Notes under the pieces: model-generated
What the model was told of the DNA's origin: nothing
Database searches by the model: none
The model's input: the letters and a program-made list of their open reading frames with translations, nothing else
Made by a program: the position numbers and the translations under genes
Shown here: positions 1 through 10,545 of the stretch, piece by piece
How the letters are laid out: the number at the start of each line of letters is the position of its first letter
Numbering within the stretch: the first letter of the stretch is position 1
Assembly: GCA_002409145.1 (NCBI GenBank)
Contig: DHUL01000044.1
Coordinates: forward strand, 29,400 to 93,399
Source of the DNA: Bacteroidales bacterium UBA5235
GTDB taxonomy: Bacteria; Bacteroidota; Bacteroidia; Bacteroidales; VadinHA17
Reading direction: 5' to 3'
Length of the DNA: 64,000 nt

Positions 1-687
1 CTGCAGGTTGAGGCCCTTCTCTTCGGGACTGCGGGCTTGCTTGACGAGGCTCTCTTCAGGGAAGCCGTGAGCGACAATTATTATCTCCTGTTGTCTAGGG
101 AGTATCGTGTGCTCCGCACCAAGTACTCACTTCAACCCGTTGATGGATGGCTCTGGAAGTTTCACAGATTGCGGCCCGCCAATTTTCCGACTGTCAGGCT
201 CTCACAGCTGGCGGCACTGCTCGCCCACAGTGACGGGCTTTTCTCGAGGGTGCTGGGCTTCAGTGACCGGGAGAGCCTCAGGTACCTGCTGAGCGTCAGT
301 GCCTCGCCCTACTGGAACAGCCACTACCAGTTCGGACGTGAGGCACCTTCAGTGGCGGGCCGTGCCGGAAAACAGTCTGCAGATCTGCTCATCATAAACG
401 CCATAGTACCCATGCTCTTTGTCTACGGCAGGGTCAGACAACAGCAGGAATGGTGTGACAGGGCAGTGGAGATCCTTGACTCACTGCCTCCCGAGGAGAA
501 CAGTGTGGTTACCGACTTCGCACAGGCTGGACTGAAGCCGGAGTCGGCTTTCGCCTCACAGGCACTGCTTGAACTCAGGAACCTGAGATGCAGGTACCAC
601 CGGTGCCTCGACTGTTCAATAGGGTCATCACTCATCTCCATGGGCCATAAGATCAGGCGGTCAGACTCACTTTTCCTTGAACCGTGA
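1..687 (+). CDS. DUF2851-family protein, C-terminal part (5' end upstream of window)
   Basis: Frame 1 is open from base 1 (LQVEALLFGTAGLLDEALF...), so the Met at 37 is internal. WKFHRLRPANFPTVRLSQLAALL and the C-terminal CRYHRCLDC recalled as DUF2851-like. Stop at 685-687. Confidence 0.55.
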   Translation: MQVEALLFGTAGLLDEALFREAVSDNYYLLLSREYRVLRTKYSLQPVDGWLWKFHRLRPANFPTVRLSQLAALLAHSDGLFSRVLGFSDRESLRYLLSVSASPYWNSHYQFGREAPSVAGRAGKQSADLLIINAIVPMLFVYGRVRQQQEWCDRAVEILDSLPPEENSVVTDFAQAGLKPESAFASQALLELRNLRCRYHRCLDCSIGSSLISMGHKIRRSDSLFLEP

Positions 688-883
688 CATTTCACCACCA
701 TTCAGCGTACCCTGGTTTTCAACATTGAAAAAAATTTTTCAGCGCGCGCAACTCCCGGCATCATAATTACGTCTTTTCTATAGAAGCCTCTGAGTGCTGC
801 ACTCCCCCGCACACCGGTGAGGCTGTCCGGCGTTAAATGCAAAAAATTATTCAAATTGTTTGAATTATTACAAAATAGAGTTG

Positions 884-891
884 TATCTTTG
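884..891 (+). promoter_or_regulatory. Bacteroidota sigma-A -7 box (TATCTTTG) for rpsO, with TTTG at 859-862
   Basis: Matches the TAnnTTTG consensus 46 nt upstream of ATG 937. TTTG lies 21 nt upstream. Confidence 0.5.
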
Positions 892-936
892 CGTTCCAAA
901 ATTGGAGAAATTATTAACAATCTATTGGATAAGGAT

Positions 937-1206
937 ATGTATTTGACTACGGAGAAGAAACAGGAATTTTTCAAGACATTCGGATCATCAGAGTTGGACA
1001 CAGGCAGTGCTGAGGGTCAGATTGCTCTTTTCTCCTACAGGATTTCGCACCTCACCGAGCATCTGAAGAAGAACAAGAAGGATTTCAGCACGCAGAGGGC
1101 GCTAACCACTCTGGTCGGAAAAAGAAGACATTTGCTGGATTACCTAAAGGTCAAGGATATCAGCAGGTATCGTGAGATCATCAAAGCACTGAACCTGAGA
1201 AAGTAA
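937..1206 (+). CDS. rpsO: 30S ribosomal protein S15
   Basis: 89-aa product MYLTTEKKQEFFKTFG...HLKKNKKDFSTQRAL...RYREIIKALNLRK. ATG 937 preferred over track start 817 (S15 length, promoter box at 884). rpsO-pnp linkage. Confidence 0.95.
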   Translation: MYLTTEKKQEFFKTFGSSELDTGSAEGQIALFSYRISHLTEHLKKNKKDFSTQRALTTLVGKRRHLLDYLKVKDISRYREIIKALNLRK

Positions 1207-1207
1207 G

Positions 1208-1237
1208 AAAAAAAGGCAATTTCAGATTGCCTTTTTT
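1208..1237 (+). terminator. Rho-independent terminator after rpsO
   Basis: AAAAGGCAAT-TTCAG-ATTGCCTTTTTT hairpin with T-run. Confidence 0.7.
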
Positions 1238-1296
1238 AATTCCCGGAGAGGTCTGAGCCTTAATTATCATTTATCCCGTAATAATCAGTAATTCAG

Positions 1297-3534
1297 ATGT
1301 ATAAGTTAATTGAAAAAAGTATTGATCTTGGCGATGGCCGGTCAATAATAATTGAAACGGGCAAGCTGGCCAAGCAGGCTGACGGCGCTGTGGTTGTAAG
1401 GATGGGTAAGACCATGCTTCTGGCAACCGTCGTTGCTGCGAAGGATGCAAAGGAAGACACCGATTTTATGCCGCTGTCCGTTGAGTACAAGGAAAAGTAT
1501 GCGGCATCGGGCCGCTTTCCCGGAGGCTTCCTCAAGAGAGAGGCAAGACCCGGTGACAATGAGATTCTGATCTCACGACTGGTTGACAGGGCACTGCGTC
1601 CGCTGTTCCCTGACGACTATCATGCGGAAGTGTTCGTAACCATCAACCTCATCTCGGCCGAGAAGGATATCATGCCGGATGCACTTGCCGGACTTGCAGC
1701 TTCAGCGGCGCTGGCAGTATCTGACATACCTTTCCATGGTCCGATATCAGAGGTAAGGGTGTCAAGGGTTAACGGTGAGTTCATCGTCAATCCCACTTTT
1801 GACCAGGTGGAGACTGCTGATCTTGACATAATAGTCGGAGCAACATATGAAAATATCATGATGGTTGAGGGCGAAATGAAAGAGGTGTCAGAGGATGTCA
1901 TGCTCGAGGCGCTTCGTATCGCCCATGAGGCAATCAAACCTCAGTGCATTGCACAGAAGGAACTCTCTGAAATGGTTGGTAAAACGGTGAAGAGGGAGTA
2001 CTGTCATGAGAGGAATGATGAGGAACTCCGCAAGAAGATATGGGCTGAGACCTATGACAAGTGTTATGCGCTGGCTGCCAGCGGATCTGATAAGAAGACC
2101 CGCACTGACGGCTTTGATGCCATAAAGGCTGAATTCCTTGCTCAGTTTCCTGAAGAGGCACCGGCTGATGAGATGCTGGTGAACAGGTACTTCCATGATG
2201 TTGAGAAGGAAGCTGCCCGCCGCCTTGTGCTTGATGAGCACAAACGTCTTGACGGCCGCAAGCTTGATGAGATCCGTCCCATCTGGTGCGAGATTGACCC
2301 GCTGCCTGCAGCCCATGGCTCAGCCATCTTCACCCGTGGCGAGACACAGTCACTCACTACTGTCACCCTCGGTACCAAACTCGATGAGAAGATGATTGAT
2401 GAGGTACTCAAGCAGGGTTCTGAAAAATTCACCCTTCACTATAACTTCCCGCCCTTCGCCACCGGCGAAGCCAAAGCGGCACGCGGAACGAGCCGTAGGG
2501 AAATAGGTCATGGAAACCTGGCACACAGGGCTTTAAAGAACATGATGCCACCCGAGGAGACCAACCCGTATGCAATACGCGTGGTATCAGATATCCTTGA
2601 GTCTAACGGCTCATCATCGATGGCAACTGTTTGTGCCGGAACTCTGGCACTGATGGATGCAGGTATAAAGATCGCCAAGCCTGTCTCAGGCATTGCCATG
2701 GGACTGATTACCGACAAGGATGGTAAAAAGTTTGCAGTACTTTCTGATATCCTTGGCGACGAAGATCATCTTGGTGACATGGACTTCAAGGTAACGGGCA
2801 CACGTGACGGCATCACCGCCACTCAGATGGACATCAAGGTTGACGGCCTCTCTTTCGAGGTTCTTAAGCAGGCGCTTGAACAGGCGCACCGTGGCAGAAT
2901 GCACATCCTTGACATAATGGAACAGACCATTGCCGAGCCCAGGCCCGAGCTTAAGCCTCATGCACCGAGAATCGAGAAGATTTACATACCCAAGGAGATG
3001 ATCGGTGCTGTGATAGGCCCCGGCGGAAAGATAATCCAGGATATACAGGCCACCACAGGAGCAACGATAGTTATCGAGGAGATCAACGGCCAGGGAATGG
3101 TCGATGTCTTCGGCGAGAACTACGAAGTCATCAGGGCGGCCCTCGACCGTATCAATGCAATATGTGCCGTGCCGGAAGTAGGAAAGGTGTATACCGGCAA
3201 GGTGAAAACTATCACCCAGTTCGGTGCTTTTGTTGAGATCCTCCCAAATAAGGACGGTCTCCTGCACATCTCAGAGATGGACTGGAAGAAGGTCGGCACT
3301 GTTGAGGAGCTCTTCAAGGAGGGTGACATTGTTGAGGTGCAGCTCATTGAGGTTGACCAGAAGACCGGCAAACTCAGGCTCTCACGCAAACCCCTCATCC
3401 CGAAGCCGGAAGGCTGGGTTGAGCCGCCCAGGCGTGAGCATACCGAAAGAAAGGAACATCAGGGATCACGTGACGGGAACCGCGGGAACCGTGAGCATCG
3501 CTCGCATGACCGCCGTCGCGACAACAACCGGTAA
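1297..3534 (+). CDS. pnp: Polyribonucleotide nucleotidyltransferase (PNPase)
   Basis: 745 aa. Two RNase PH regions ([18 protein letters not shown]), KH ([11 protein letters not shown]) and S1 ([20 protein letters not shown]). Basic R/H/N-rich C-terminal tail. Confidence 0.97.
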   Translation: MYKLIEKSIDLGDGRSIIIETGKLAKQADGAVVVRMGKTMLLATVVAAKDAKEDTDFMPLSVEYKEKYAASGRFPGGFLKREARPGDNEILISRLVDRALRPLFPDDYHAEVFVTINLISAEKDIMPDALAGLAASAALAVSDIPFHGPISEVRVSRVNGEFIVNPTFDQVETADLDIIVGATYENIMMVEGEMKEVSEDVMLEALRIAHEAIKPQCIAQKELSEMVGKTVKREYCHERNDEELRKKIWAETYDKCYALAASGSDKKTRTDGFDAIKAEFLAQFPEEAPADEMLVNRYFHDVEKEAARRLVLDEHKRLDGRKLDEIRPIWCEIDPLPAAHGSAIFTRGETQSLTTVTLGTKLDEKMIDEVLKQGSEKFTLHYNFPPFATGEAKAARGTSRREIGHGNLAHRALKNMMPPEETNPYAIRVVSDILESNGSSSMATVCAGTLALMDAGIKIAKPVSGIAMGLITDKDGKKFAVLSDILGDEDHLGDMDFKVTGTRDGITATQMDIKVDGLSFEVLKQALEQAHRGRMHILDIMEQTIAEPRPELKPHAPRIEKIYIPKEMIGAVIGPGGKIIQDIQATTGATIVIEEINGQGMVDVFGENYEVIRAALDRINAICAVPEVGKVYTGKVKTITQFGAFVEILPNKDGLLHISEMDWKKVGTVEELFKEGDIVEVQLIEVDQKTGKLRLSRKPLIPKPEGWVEPPRREHTERKEHQGSRDGNRGNREHRSHDRRRDNNR

Positions 3535-3570
3535 ACAATATCGGGTTAATCATCCAGGATCGTTATTCAG

Positions 3571-3604
3571 GAGGGGCGCGGAATCGCGCCTCTTCGTTTT
3601 ATTT
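3571..3604 (+). terminator. Rho-independent terminator after pnp
   Basis: GAGGGGCGCG-GAAT-CGCGCCTCTTC hairpin followed by GTTTTATTT. Confidence 0.65.
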
Positions 3605-3624
3605 GCATTGTGAAGGCTAAATGC

Positions 3625-3632
3625 TAATTTTG
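3625..3632 (+). promoter_or_regulatory. -7 box TAATTTTG
   Basis: TAnnTTTG match 27 nt upstream of ATG 3659. Confidence 0.45.
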
Positions 3633-3658
3633 GTATCCGGTGCAAAGCGGTAAAAAGG

Positions 3659-4303
3659 ATGGAGAACATTAAATACAACTACATTGTTATTGAAGGGAAT
3701 ATTGGTGCGGGCAAGACTACACTGGCATCAATGATTGCAAGGGACTGCAATGCAAAACTGATCCTCGAACGGTTTGCCGACAATCCATTCCTCCCTAAAT
3801 TCTACAATGACCCCTCACGTTACTCCTTCCCCCTGGAACTCTCTTTCCTGGCCGACCGTTACAGGCAGCTCAAGGAGGAGCTGGTGGAACCGGACCTTTT
3901 CAAGAGCTTCACTGTAGCCGATTACTACTTCATGAAGTCGCTCGTCTTCTCCTCCAAAACCCTGGAAAAGGAAGAGTTCAATCTCTATCGCCAGATATTT
4001 TATATTATCTATAGCTCTCTTCCCAAGCCTGACCTCTATGTTTACCTTCACGTACCCCCGGAAAGGCTTCTAAAAAACATAGCCATGAGGGGCAGGGAGT
4101 ACGAACAGTCAATAACTGCTGATTATCTCTCAGGAATACAGGAAAGCTATTTCAATTTCTTCAGACAGAATCCGGAAAACCGTTACCTGGTACTCGATGT
4201 ATCAAATATCGACTTTGTTGCAAGCCACGATGACTACCTGAAAGTGAAGGAAACGATCTTCACCTTGCCTGTCACTCAGGGAATCAACCTCCGGAATTTC
4301 TGA
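3659..4303 (+). CDS. Deoxynucleoside kinase family protein
   Basis: 214 aa. P-loop IVIEGNIGAGKTTL, ERFADNPFLPKFY and the ...DRY... pattern typical of dAK/dGK-type kinases. Confidence 0.85.
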   Translation: MENIKYNYIVIEGNIGAGKTTLASMIARDCNAKLILERFADNPFLPKFYNDPSRYSFPLELSFLADRYRQLKEELVEPDLFKSFTVADYYFMKSLVFSSKTLEKEEFNLYRQIFYIIYSSLPKPDLYVYLHVPPERLLKNIAMRGREYEQSITADYLSGIQESYFNFFRQNPENRYLVLDVSNIDFVASHDDYLKVKETIFTLPVTQGINLRNF

Positions 4304-4345
4304 ATTTTTCATACAGGGATTGCAGTTATTGACTAAAAATTATCT

Positions 4346-4353
4346 TAAATTTG
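4346..4353 (+). promoter_or_regulatory. -7 box TAAATTTG
   Basis: TAnnTTTG match upstream of ATG 4427. Confidence 0.4.
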
Positions 4354-4426
4354 CAGACAAGTCAGAAATATCGTATAATTGCTTTGATTAAACAGAAACT
4401 GATCGCAACTAATTAAAAAACAAATT

Positions 4427-6133
4427 ATGAAAAATTTCACCAGACTTTTTGTCATTCTGCTTGCAGCTGTTCTTATGTCAGGTTGCAGCAGTCTTGACAA
4501 GATGAAGAAAAATGCCAATCTCGTCAAGTATGAAATCACTCCCAAAGTGCTTGAGACCCATGCAGGCATTGTTGCCGCACAGGTAAAAGTCACCTATCCG
4601 GAGAAGTACTTTGACAAGAATACCACGCTGAAGATCACCCCTGTCCTTTCATACGAAGGCGGTGAGACGGCATTTGATGAACTGCTCTTCACACAGGGAG
4701 AGAAAGTTCTGGCCAATAACAAGTCGGTTGCATGGACTGGCGGAACCGTAAACTGGTCAGGTGATGTGAATTATATACCTGAGATGAAAGTGTCTGAGTT
4801 CCTTCTTCGCGTAGATGCTGAAAGAAAGGGCAAGACTCTCTCATTTGATCCCATCAAACTGGCTGACGGTGTAATTGCCACTTCAACTCTTGTAGAAGAT
4901 CACGCAATGCCAATCTCGCTGAAAGACAACTACCAGCGCATTGTCCCGGAACAGAAGATTGCTGATATTCTCTACAACATCAACCAGTCAAATATCAGGC
5001 CTTCAGAACTCAAGTCCGCCGATATCCAGGCTCTCAAGGATTACATTGCACTTGTGGTGCAGAATGAAAGAATGGAAGTTAAAGGTGTGACTAACAGTTC
5101 ATATGCTTCACCTGACGGGCCTCTGTCACTTAACGAGAAACTCTCGGAAGCCAGGGGTAAGGCTGCTGATAAGTATCTGCAGAAAGAATATGGTAAGATG
5201 CCCGAACTTGCTCAGCTGTTCTCCAAACAGACCACTGCTGAAGACTGGGAAGGTTTCAAGGCTCTCGTACAGGAGTCGTCAATCGCTGACAAAGAGCTCA
5301 TCCTGAGGGTTCTCTCGATGTACCAGGATCCGGTCGTCCGTGAGAAGGAGATCAAGAATATGGCGACCGCATACGAAGCTCTCGCCGAGGAGATTCTTCC
5401 ACTGCTGAGAAGGTCAAAACTGATCGTTGACGTAAACCTGGTTGGTCTCAACGATGAGGAGATCCTCACAGCTATAAAGAGCGATCCGTCAGTCCTCAGC
5501 CACGAGCAGATGCTATACGCTGCCACCCTGACCAGTGATCCCAAGGAGATGCTGAAGTACTACCAGATAGCTGCCGAGAACGATCCCAAGTCCTACAGGG
5601 CATGGAACAACATCGGCTGGGCTTATCTTCAGATGGGCAATGCTGATGACGCTATAGTTGCTCTCGAGAAAGCCAAGGCTCTCAAGAATGATGACAATGT
5701 GAAGAACAACCTCGGTTTTGCCGCTCTTCTCAAGGGTGACATCAAGGGTGCTGCCGAATACTTCAATTCAATGTCAGCAGCCACACCCGAGTCAAAATTC
5801 GGACTCGGAACAATTGCAATTCATGAAGGCAAGTATGACCAGGCAGTCAATATGCTCAGTGACACGCCTACAATGAACCTTGCACTGGCACAGCTCCTCA
5901 AGGGTGACCTCAACAAGGCCAAGACAACCATGGATGCAGTCAAACCGTGCAAATGCGGTGCTCCCTCATACCTGAAGGCAGTCATAGCAGCACGCCTTGA
6001 CAACAAGGACGGTGTCATCAGCGGCCTCCGCGAAGCTATCGGCTACAACAGCGACTGGAAGAACTACGCAATGACAGACCTCGAGTTTGCCAAATACTTC
6101 ACTGACGATGCATTCATCGCAGTAACGAAGTAG
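4427..6133 (+). CDS. Lipoprotein with degenerate OmpA-like segment and C-terminal TPR repeats
   Basis: 568 aa. Lipobox LMSGC. SPDGPLSLNEKLSEARGKAADKYL resembles the OmpA-C motif. C-terminal AWNNIGWAYLQMGNADDAIVALEKA-type TPR units. Confidence 0.6.
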   Translation: MKNFTRLFVILLAAVLMSGCSSLDKMKKNANLVKYEITPKVLETHAGIVAAQVKVTYPEKYFDKNTTLKITPVLSYEGGETAFDELLFTQGEKVLANNKSVAWTGGTVNWSGDVNYIPEMKVSEFLLRVDAERKGKTLSFDPIKLADGVIATSTLVEDHAMPISLKDNYQRIVPEQKIADILYNINQSNIRPSELKSADIQALKDYIALVVQNERMEVKGVTNSSYASPDGPLSLNEKLSEARGKAADKYLQKEYGKMPELAQLFSKQTTAEDWEGFKALVQESSIADKELILRVLSMYQDPVVREKEIKNMATAYEALAEEILPLLRRSKLIVDVNLVGLNDEEILTAIKSDPSVLSHEQMLYAATLTSDPKEMLKYYQIAAENDPKSYRAWNNIGWAYLQMGNADDAIVALEKAKALKNDDNVKNNLGFAALLKGDIKGAAEYFNSMSAATPESKFGLGTIAIHEGKYDQAVNMLSDTPTMNLALAQLLKGDLNKAKTTMDAVKPCKCGAPSYLKAVIAARLDNKDGVISGLREAIGYNSDWKNYAMTDLEFAKYFTDDAFIAVTK

Positions 6134-6155
6134 CTTTAAAACTGATAATGAGAAA

Positions 6156-6187
6156 CCTCGTCCGCCGACTGGCGAACGGGGTTTTTT
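6156..6187 (+). terminator. Rho-independent terminator between convergent genes
   Basis: CCTCGTCCGCC-GACT-GGCGAACGGGG hairpin plus T6. Confidence 0.7.
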
Positions 6188-6193
6188 GATGTT

Positions 6194-6724
6194 TTACCTT
6201 TTGGTGTGTCCTGCCAGCTCCCACAAGACTATCCCCGCACTGACAGCCACATTGAATGAGTGTTTGGTGCCATACTGGGGTATCTCAATGCAAGCGTCTG
6301 ACAGATTCACCACCTCTTCACTCACACCTCTGATCTCATGACCGAATACCAGCGCATACCTCCTGCCAGGCTCCGCTGTAAAACGGTCAGGTGAGACAGC
6401 CCCTTCAGCCTGCTCCACCGAGACAATGAGGTAACCCTTTTCCTTAAGCAGCCTGGCTGCCTCCACGGAACTCTCAAAGTACTTCCATTCAACTGATTCA
6501 GTGGCCCCAAGTGCAGTCTTGTGTATCTCCCTGTGCGGAGGGGTGGCGGTGATACCACACAGCCATACCGCCTCCACAAGAAAAGCGTCTGCCGTCCTGA
6601 AGATTGATCCCACATTGTTGAGGCTTCGCACGTTGTCAAGGACCAGAAGAAAGGGCGACTTCTCCGAAGCCCTGAATTCCTTCACACTCTTCCGGTTCAG
6701 TTCATCGTTTGTAAGCTTCCTCAT
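6194..6724 (-). CDS. TrmH/SpoU-family RNA 2'-O-methyltransferase
   Basis: 176 aa. LVLDNVRSLNNVGSIFRTADAF, LVFGHEIRGVS and IPQYGTKHSFNVAVSAGIVLWE are SpoU methylase motifs. Confidence 0.85.
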   Translation of the reverse strand: MRKLTNDELNRKSVKEFRASEKSPFLLVLDNVRSLNNVGSIFRTADAFLVEAVWLCGITATPPHREIHKTALGATESVEWKYFESSVEAARLLKEKGYLIVSVEQAEGAVSPDRFTAEPGRRYALVFGHEIRGVSEEVVNLSDACIEIPQYGTKHSFNVAVSAGIVLWELAGHTKR

Positions 6725-6825
6725 GAATAAAAATTTTAGCTAAAATAATTATAAAAAAAGAGTAAATTACATACCTCTTTTACTCATGATGCCCCGATAA
6801 CCTGTATTATTAACCTTGAAATATC

Positions 6826-8016
6826 ATGAATATCCACGAATACCAGGGAAAATCCATTTTGCAGGCACATGGTGTTGCCGTGCAGGAGGGATTCATCGCC
6901 ATGACGGCCGGGCAGGCCGTAATGGTAGCCAAAGAGCTGAGCGGTAAATTCGGCACCGGGATTTTCGTCATCAAGGCGCAGATCCATGCCGGTGGACGTG
7001 GCAAGGGAGGGGGAGTCAGGATAGCACATTCACCGCAGGAGGCAGGGGAGGTGGCTTCGCATATGCTGGGGATGACCCTGGTGACACCACAGACAGGGCC
7101 TGCAGGCAAGAAGGTGCACAAGGTGCTCGTTGCTCGCGATGTCTATTACAAGGGAGAATCGGAGATAAAGGAGTTTTACCTGTCTCTGCTTCTTGACCGC
7201 AGGAAATCAGCGTACGTGGTTGCCTATTCACCTGAGGGAGGGATGGACATCGAAGAGGTGGCTGCACGCAATCCTGAAGCGCTCTTCACTGAGACGGTTG
7301 ATGCAACCTGTTGCCTGCATGAGTTTCAGATGAGGACAATTGCCTCCAACCTTGGCCTCCATGGAAAGGCTTACCGCGAAATGGTAATATTCATGAAAGG
7401 GCTCTGGGAAGCTTTCGTCAATTCTGACGCCACACTGATGGAGATCAACCCGCTCCTGAAGACCAGTGATGACAGGGTACTTGCGGTAGACTGCAAGGTG
7501 ACTCTTGACGACAATGCGCTGTACCGTCATCCCGAGCTTGAGGCAATGCGTGACCTGAACGAGGAAGATCCCACCGAGGTGGAAGCTTCAGCCAGTAACC
7601 TCAATTATGTAAAACTCGACGGTGATGTTGGATGTATGGTCAATGGAGCCGGTCTGGCCATGGCCACCATGGACCTGATAGGACTCTCCGGCGGCAAACC
7701 GGCCAATTTCCTCGATGTGGGAGGTGGCGCGAACCCCCAAACGGTAGAGGCCGGATTCAGGATCATCCTCAAGGATCCGAATGTGAGAGCTGTCCTCGTA
7801 AATATTTTTGGCGGAATAGTAAGGTGTGACCGCGTTGCCGCTGGTATCATAGAGGCATACAAGAGCATAGGTGATATAAAAGTACCCGTCATAGTGAGGC
7901 TCCAGGGAACCAATGCAGAAGAGGCAAGGGCCCTGATAGACAGCTCCGGGCTGAAGGTCATAGCCGCCTCTACATTCACCGATGCTGCTGAAAGGGTAAG
8001 GGCTGCCCTGAGCTGA
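6826..8016 (+). CDS. sucC: Succinate-CoA ligase (ADP-forming) beta subunit
   Basis: 396 aa. MNIHEYQGKSIL, KAQIHAGGRGKGGGV, MEINPL and NIFGGIVRCD. Confidence 0.95.
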   Translation: MNIHEYQGKSILQAHGVAVQEGFIAMTAGQAVMVAKELSGKFGTGIFVIKAQIHAGGRGKGGGVRIAHSPQEAGEVASHMLGMTLVTPQTGPAGKKVHKVLVARDVYYKGESEIKEFYLSLLLDRRKSAYVVAYSPEGGMDIEEVAARNPEALFTETVDATCCLHEFQMRTIASNLGLHGKAYREMVIFMKGLWEAFVNSDATLMEINPLLKTSDDRVLAVDCKVTLDDNALYRHPELEAMRDLNEEDPTEVEASASNLNYVKLDGDVGCMVNGAGLAMATMDLIGLSGGKPANFLDVGGGANPQTVEAGFRIILKDPNVRAVLVNIFGGIVRCDRVAAGIIEAYKSIGDIKVPVIVRLQGTNAEEARALIDSSGLKVIAASTFTDAAERVRAALS

Positions 8017-8103
8017 TTCATTCATTGCCGCAGCGTTCATAAATTAAGGCAGCAGACAAGGCCTTTGTTGGTGTTTATTCTTAATTTGCCGCCGTTTTAA
8101 CCA

Positions 8104-10116
8104 ATGAGCAGACAGTTCGCAGATATCATCATTCCTGTTGCCGTGCCCGGCTCGTTTACCTATGAAATTCCGGAGGTACTTCAGGGTATTGTTCAACGTG
8201 GCAGCCTTGTGAATGTCCCCTTCGGGCAGAGCAGAAATGTTGCCGGGCTGGTGGTCAGGGTTCATGACAGGCTGCCTGCAGAAGTCTCTCTCAGGGAGAT
8301 AGACAGCCTCCTCCCCGGCGGATTTTCTGTCAATGATCGCCTCACAGACTTCCTTCTGTGGATATCTGATTATTACATGGCCTATCCTGGCGAGGTGATG
8401 AAAGCAGCGATACCCTCGCCTGATGATCTGCCAGGACACCCTGTGAAGCGAAAGCAGAAGGAGACTCCTGATGTGCCGGAGACCGGGATGGTCATTCCGG
8501 CAGAGCTGAACAAAGTGCAAAAAGAGGCATATGATTCTATCAAACAGCTGTTTGCTGACCGTGAGACGGTACTGTTGCACGGCGTCACTTCCAGCGGTAA
8601 GACGGAGATTTATATCCACCTGATGCGTGAGCAGCTTGATCATGGGAAGCAGGTCCTGTATATGCTTCCTGAGATAGCACTTACAACCCAGATAATAGAG
8701 AGGCTCAGGAGACATTTCGGTAGTGCCATCGGGGTGTTTCACTCGCGTTTAACACCTGCGGCACGCAGGAAAGTTTGGAAGAAGGTCAGTGACGGAAGCC
8801 TCAGGGCTGTTCTGGGGGTTCGGTCATCACTCTTCCTTCCGTTCAGTGACCTGGGGCTGATCATTGTGGATGAGGAGCATGACTCATCTTATAAGCAGAA
8901 TGACCCGGCACCGCGATATCATGCCCGTGATGCGGCAATAATGCTCACCCGCATACACGGCGGAAGGGCTCTGCTCGGTTCAGCCACACCATCGCTTGAG
9001 AGCTACCACAATGCACTTTCCGGAAGGTACGGCTTTGTTGAGCTGATGACACGCTACGGTGATGTAATGATGCCTGAGATGGTCATAGCTGACACACGCC
9101 GGGCTGGCAGGAAGAAGAGCCCGTCATCCCATTTCACTCCCCGTCTGCTTGAGGCGGTGGAGGAGGCGCTGAAGCGCGGGGAACAGGTCATCCTCTTCCA
9201 GAACAGGAGAGGCTTTTCTCCGTTCCTGATGTGCTCTGACTGCGGTCATGTGCCTGCCTGCACAAACTGCTCGGTGAGCTATACCTATCATAAGAGCATC
9301 AACAGGCTGGTGTGCCACTATTGCGGCAAGAGCGTGAGACTGCCCTCAGAGTGCCCTGATTGCGGATCAGTGAACATATCCACCATAGGCTTCGGCACAG
9401 AGAAGATAGAAGAGGAAATAAGATTGATGTTCCCATCAGCGAGGGTGGCGCGAATGGATCAGGACACCGTCAGGAACAGAAACGCTGCATCTGATATACT
9501 TGGCAGCTTCGCCGCCGGCGATACCGATATCCTTATCGGGACACAGATGATTTCCAAGGGACTCGACTTCGAGAGACTGACAGTGGTGGGTATCCTCGAT
9601 GCCGATAATATGATGCATTTCCCTGATTTCCGGGCTTACGAGCGAAGCTTCCAGCTGATGGAACAGGTGAGCGGGAGAGCCGGGAGGAGAACACGCAGGG
9701 GGAAAGTGATCATCCAGACCGCTGACCCTGCAAACATGATACTCAGGCAGGTGCTGAAGCATGATTACAGGTCGATGAGCTCGGCACAGCTTGAGGAGAG
9801 GGCTCTCTTCGGTTATCCTCCCTTTACGAGGATTATAAGAATTGCACTGAAGCACCGTGACCTCGACGAACTCACTGCATCGGCCGCACGACTGGCTGAT
9901 ACCCTGCGCAGGCATCTCGGCAAACACGTTCTGGGCCCGGAGTTTCCCATGGTAATGCAGGTTCAGAAGTGGTATATCAAAACGGTGATGATAAAAATCG
10001 ATACCACACTTTCACCTTCAAAAGTCAAGGAGCTGGTGCGGCGTGCCATGGAGACTGAACTGAAATCACCCAGAAGAGGTCTGCTGCGTATACATGCCGA
10101 TGTCGATCCCCAGTGA
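8104..10116 (+). CDS. priA: Primosomal protein N' (replication restart helicase PriA)
   Basis: 670 aa. Walker A GVTSSGKTEIY, DEEHD, a Cys-rich zinc region (CSDCGHVPACTNCSVSYTYH...CHYCG...CPDCGS) and a C-terminal helicase lobe. Confidence 0.93.
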   Translation: MSRQFADIIIPVAVPGSFTYEIPEVLQGIVQRGSLVNVPFGQSRNVAGLVVRVHDRLPAEVSLREIDSLLPGGFSVNDRLTDFLLWISDYYMAYPGEVMKAAIPSPDDLPGHPVKRKQKETPDVPETGMVIPAELNKVQKEAYDSIKQLFADRETVLLHGVTSSGKTEIYIHLMREQLDHGKQVLYMLPEIALTTQIIERLRRHFGSAIGVFHSRLTPAARRKVWKKVSDGSLRAVLGVRSSLFLPFSDLGLIIVDEEHDSSYKQNDPAPRYHARDAAIMLTRIHGGRALLGSATPSLESYHNALSGRYGFVELMTRYGDVMMPEMVIADTRRAGRKKSPSSHFTPRLLEAVEEALKRGEQVILFQNRRGFSPFLMCSDCGHVPACTNCSVSYTYHKSINRLVCHYCGKSVRLPSECPDCGSVNISTIGFGTEKIEEEIRLMFPSARVARMDQDTVRNRNAASDILGSFAAGDTDILIGTQMISKGLDFERLTVVGILDADNMMHFPDFRAYERSFQLMEQVSGRAGRRTRRGKVIIQTADPANMILRQVLKHDYRSMSSAQLEERALFGYPPFTRIIRIALKHRDLDELTASAARLADTLRRHLGKHVLGPEFPMVMQVQKWYIKTVMIKIDTTLSPSKVKELVRRAMETELKSPRRGLLRIHADVDPQ

Positions 10117-10172
10117 CCCGGGTTGCCCTTTAATATTAAAAGGTTATTTTTACGGATTCAAAGCTGTTTTTC

Positions 10173-10544
10173 ATGAAAATAGAGGTTTCAAACGGAGAGA
10201 TTGCGGATAAGCTGACAATTATTGAACTTAAGCTGGAGCGGATAAGTGACCCTGATAAACTGATAAACCTGAGAAAAGAACATGCCATTCTTGATGAGGC
10301 GCTCGCAGGTTTCATGAAGAAGGATGATCCTCTTTACCTGGAGCTCTACAGGGTCAATGCCGGATTGTGGGAGATTGAAGACCGAATAAGGGATCTTGAA
10401 AGAAACAAGGATTTCGGGGTAGAATTCATAGAGACTGCCAGGTCAGTGTACTTTACAAATGACATCCGTTCCGAGATCAAGCGGAAGATAAACATGATTA
10501 CCGGCTCGGGCCTAGTGGAGGAAAAGTCGTACGAAAAATACTGA
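10173..10544 (+). CDS. Small conserved hypothetical protein (possibly DUF4254-like), coupled to the GT9 gene
   Basis: 123 aa, helical and charged, NAGLWEIEDRIRDLE motif. Stop 10542-10544 lies 1 nt before the next ATG. Family name from memory only. Confidence 0.4.
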   Translation: MKIEVSNGEIADKLTIIELKLERISDPDKLINLRKEHAILDEALAGFMKKDDPLYLELYRVNAGLWEIEDRIRDLERNKDFGVEFIETARSVYFTNDIRSEIKRKINMITGSGLVEEKSYEKY

Positions 10545-10545
10545 G

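Noticed and set aside
817-936. N-terminal extensions in the ORF track: rpsO 817, etfB 32520, pyrE 53375, pdxH 18282, birA 55418, hsp20 61528, hexahaem 40965, monohaem 36386, small ORF 57767
   Set aside because: Protein family lengths and N-termini, signal peptides or lipoboxes, and TAnnTTTG -7 boxes located inside the extensions favour the downstream Met codons used in the feature table.
3224-3613. 129-aa + strand ORF overlapping the pnp 3' end and terminator
   Set aside because: It is an alternative frame of pnp that runs through the terminator hairpin, and its composition is Arg/Ser-rich as expected for an off-frame translation.
6826-8016. sucC without an adjacent sucD
   Set aside because: priA follows instead of sucD. 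As far as I recall, unlinked sucC and sucD genes occur in Bacteroidota, so this is not evidence of gene loss. It needs the whole genome to judge.
8044-8742. 232-aa minus-strand ORF overlapping the priA 5' region. Similar antisense ORFs at 2686-3267, 12826-13440, 22199-22750, 48322-48927 and 9436-9927.
   Set aside because: Each is fully overlapped by a confidently identified gene on the other strand and has no family-like sequence features.
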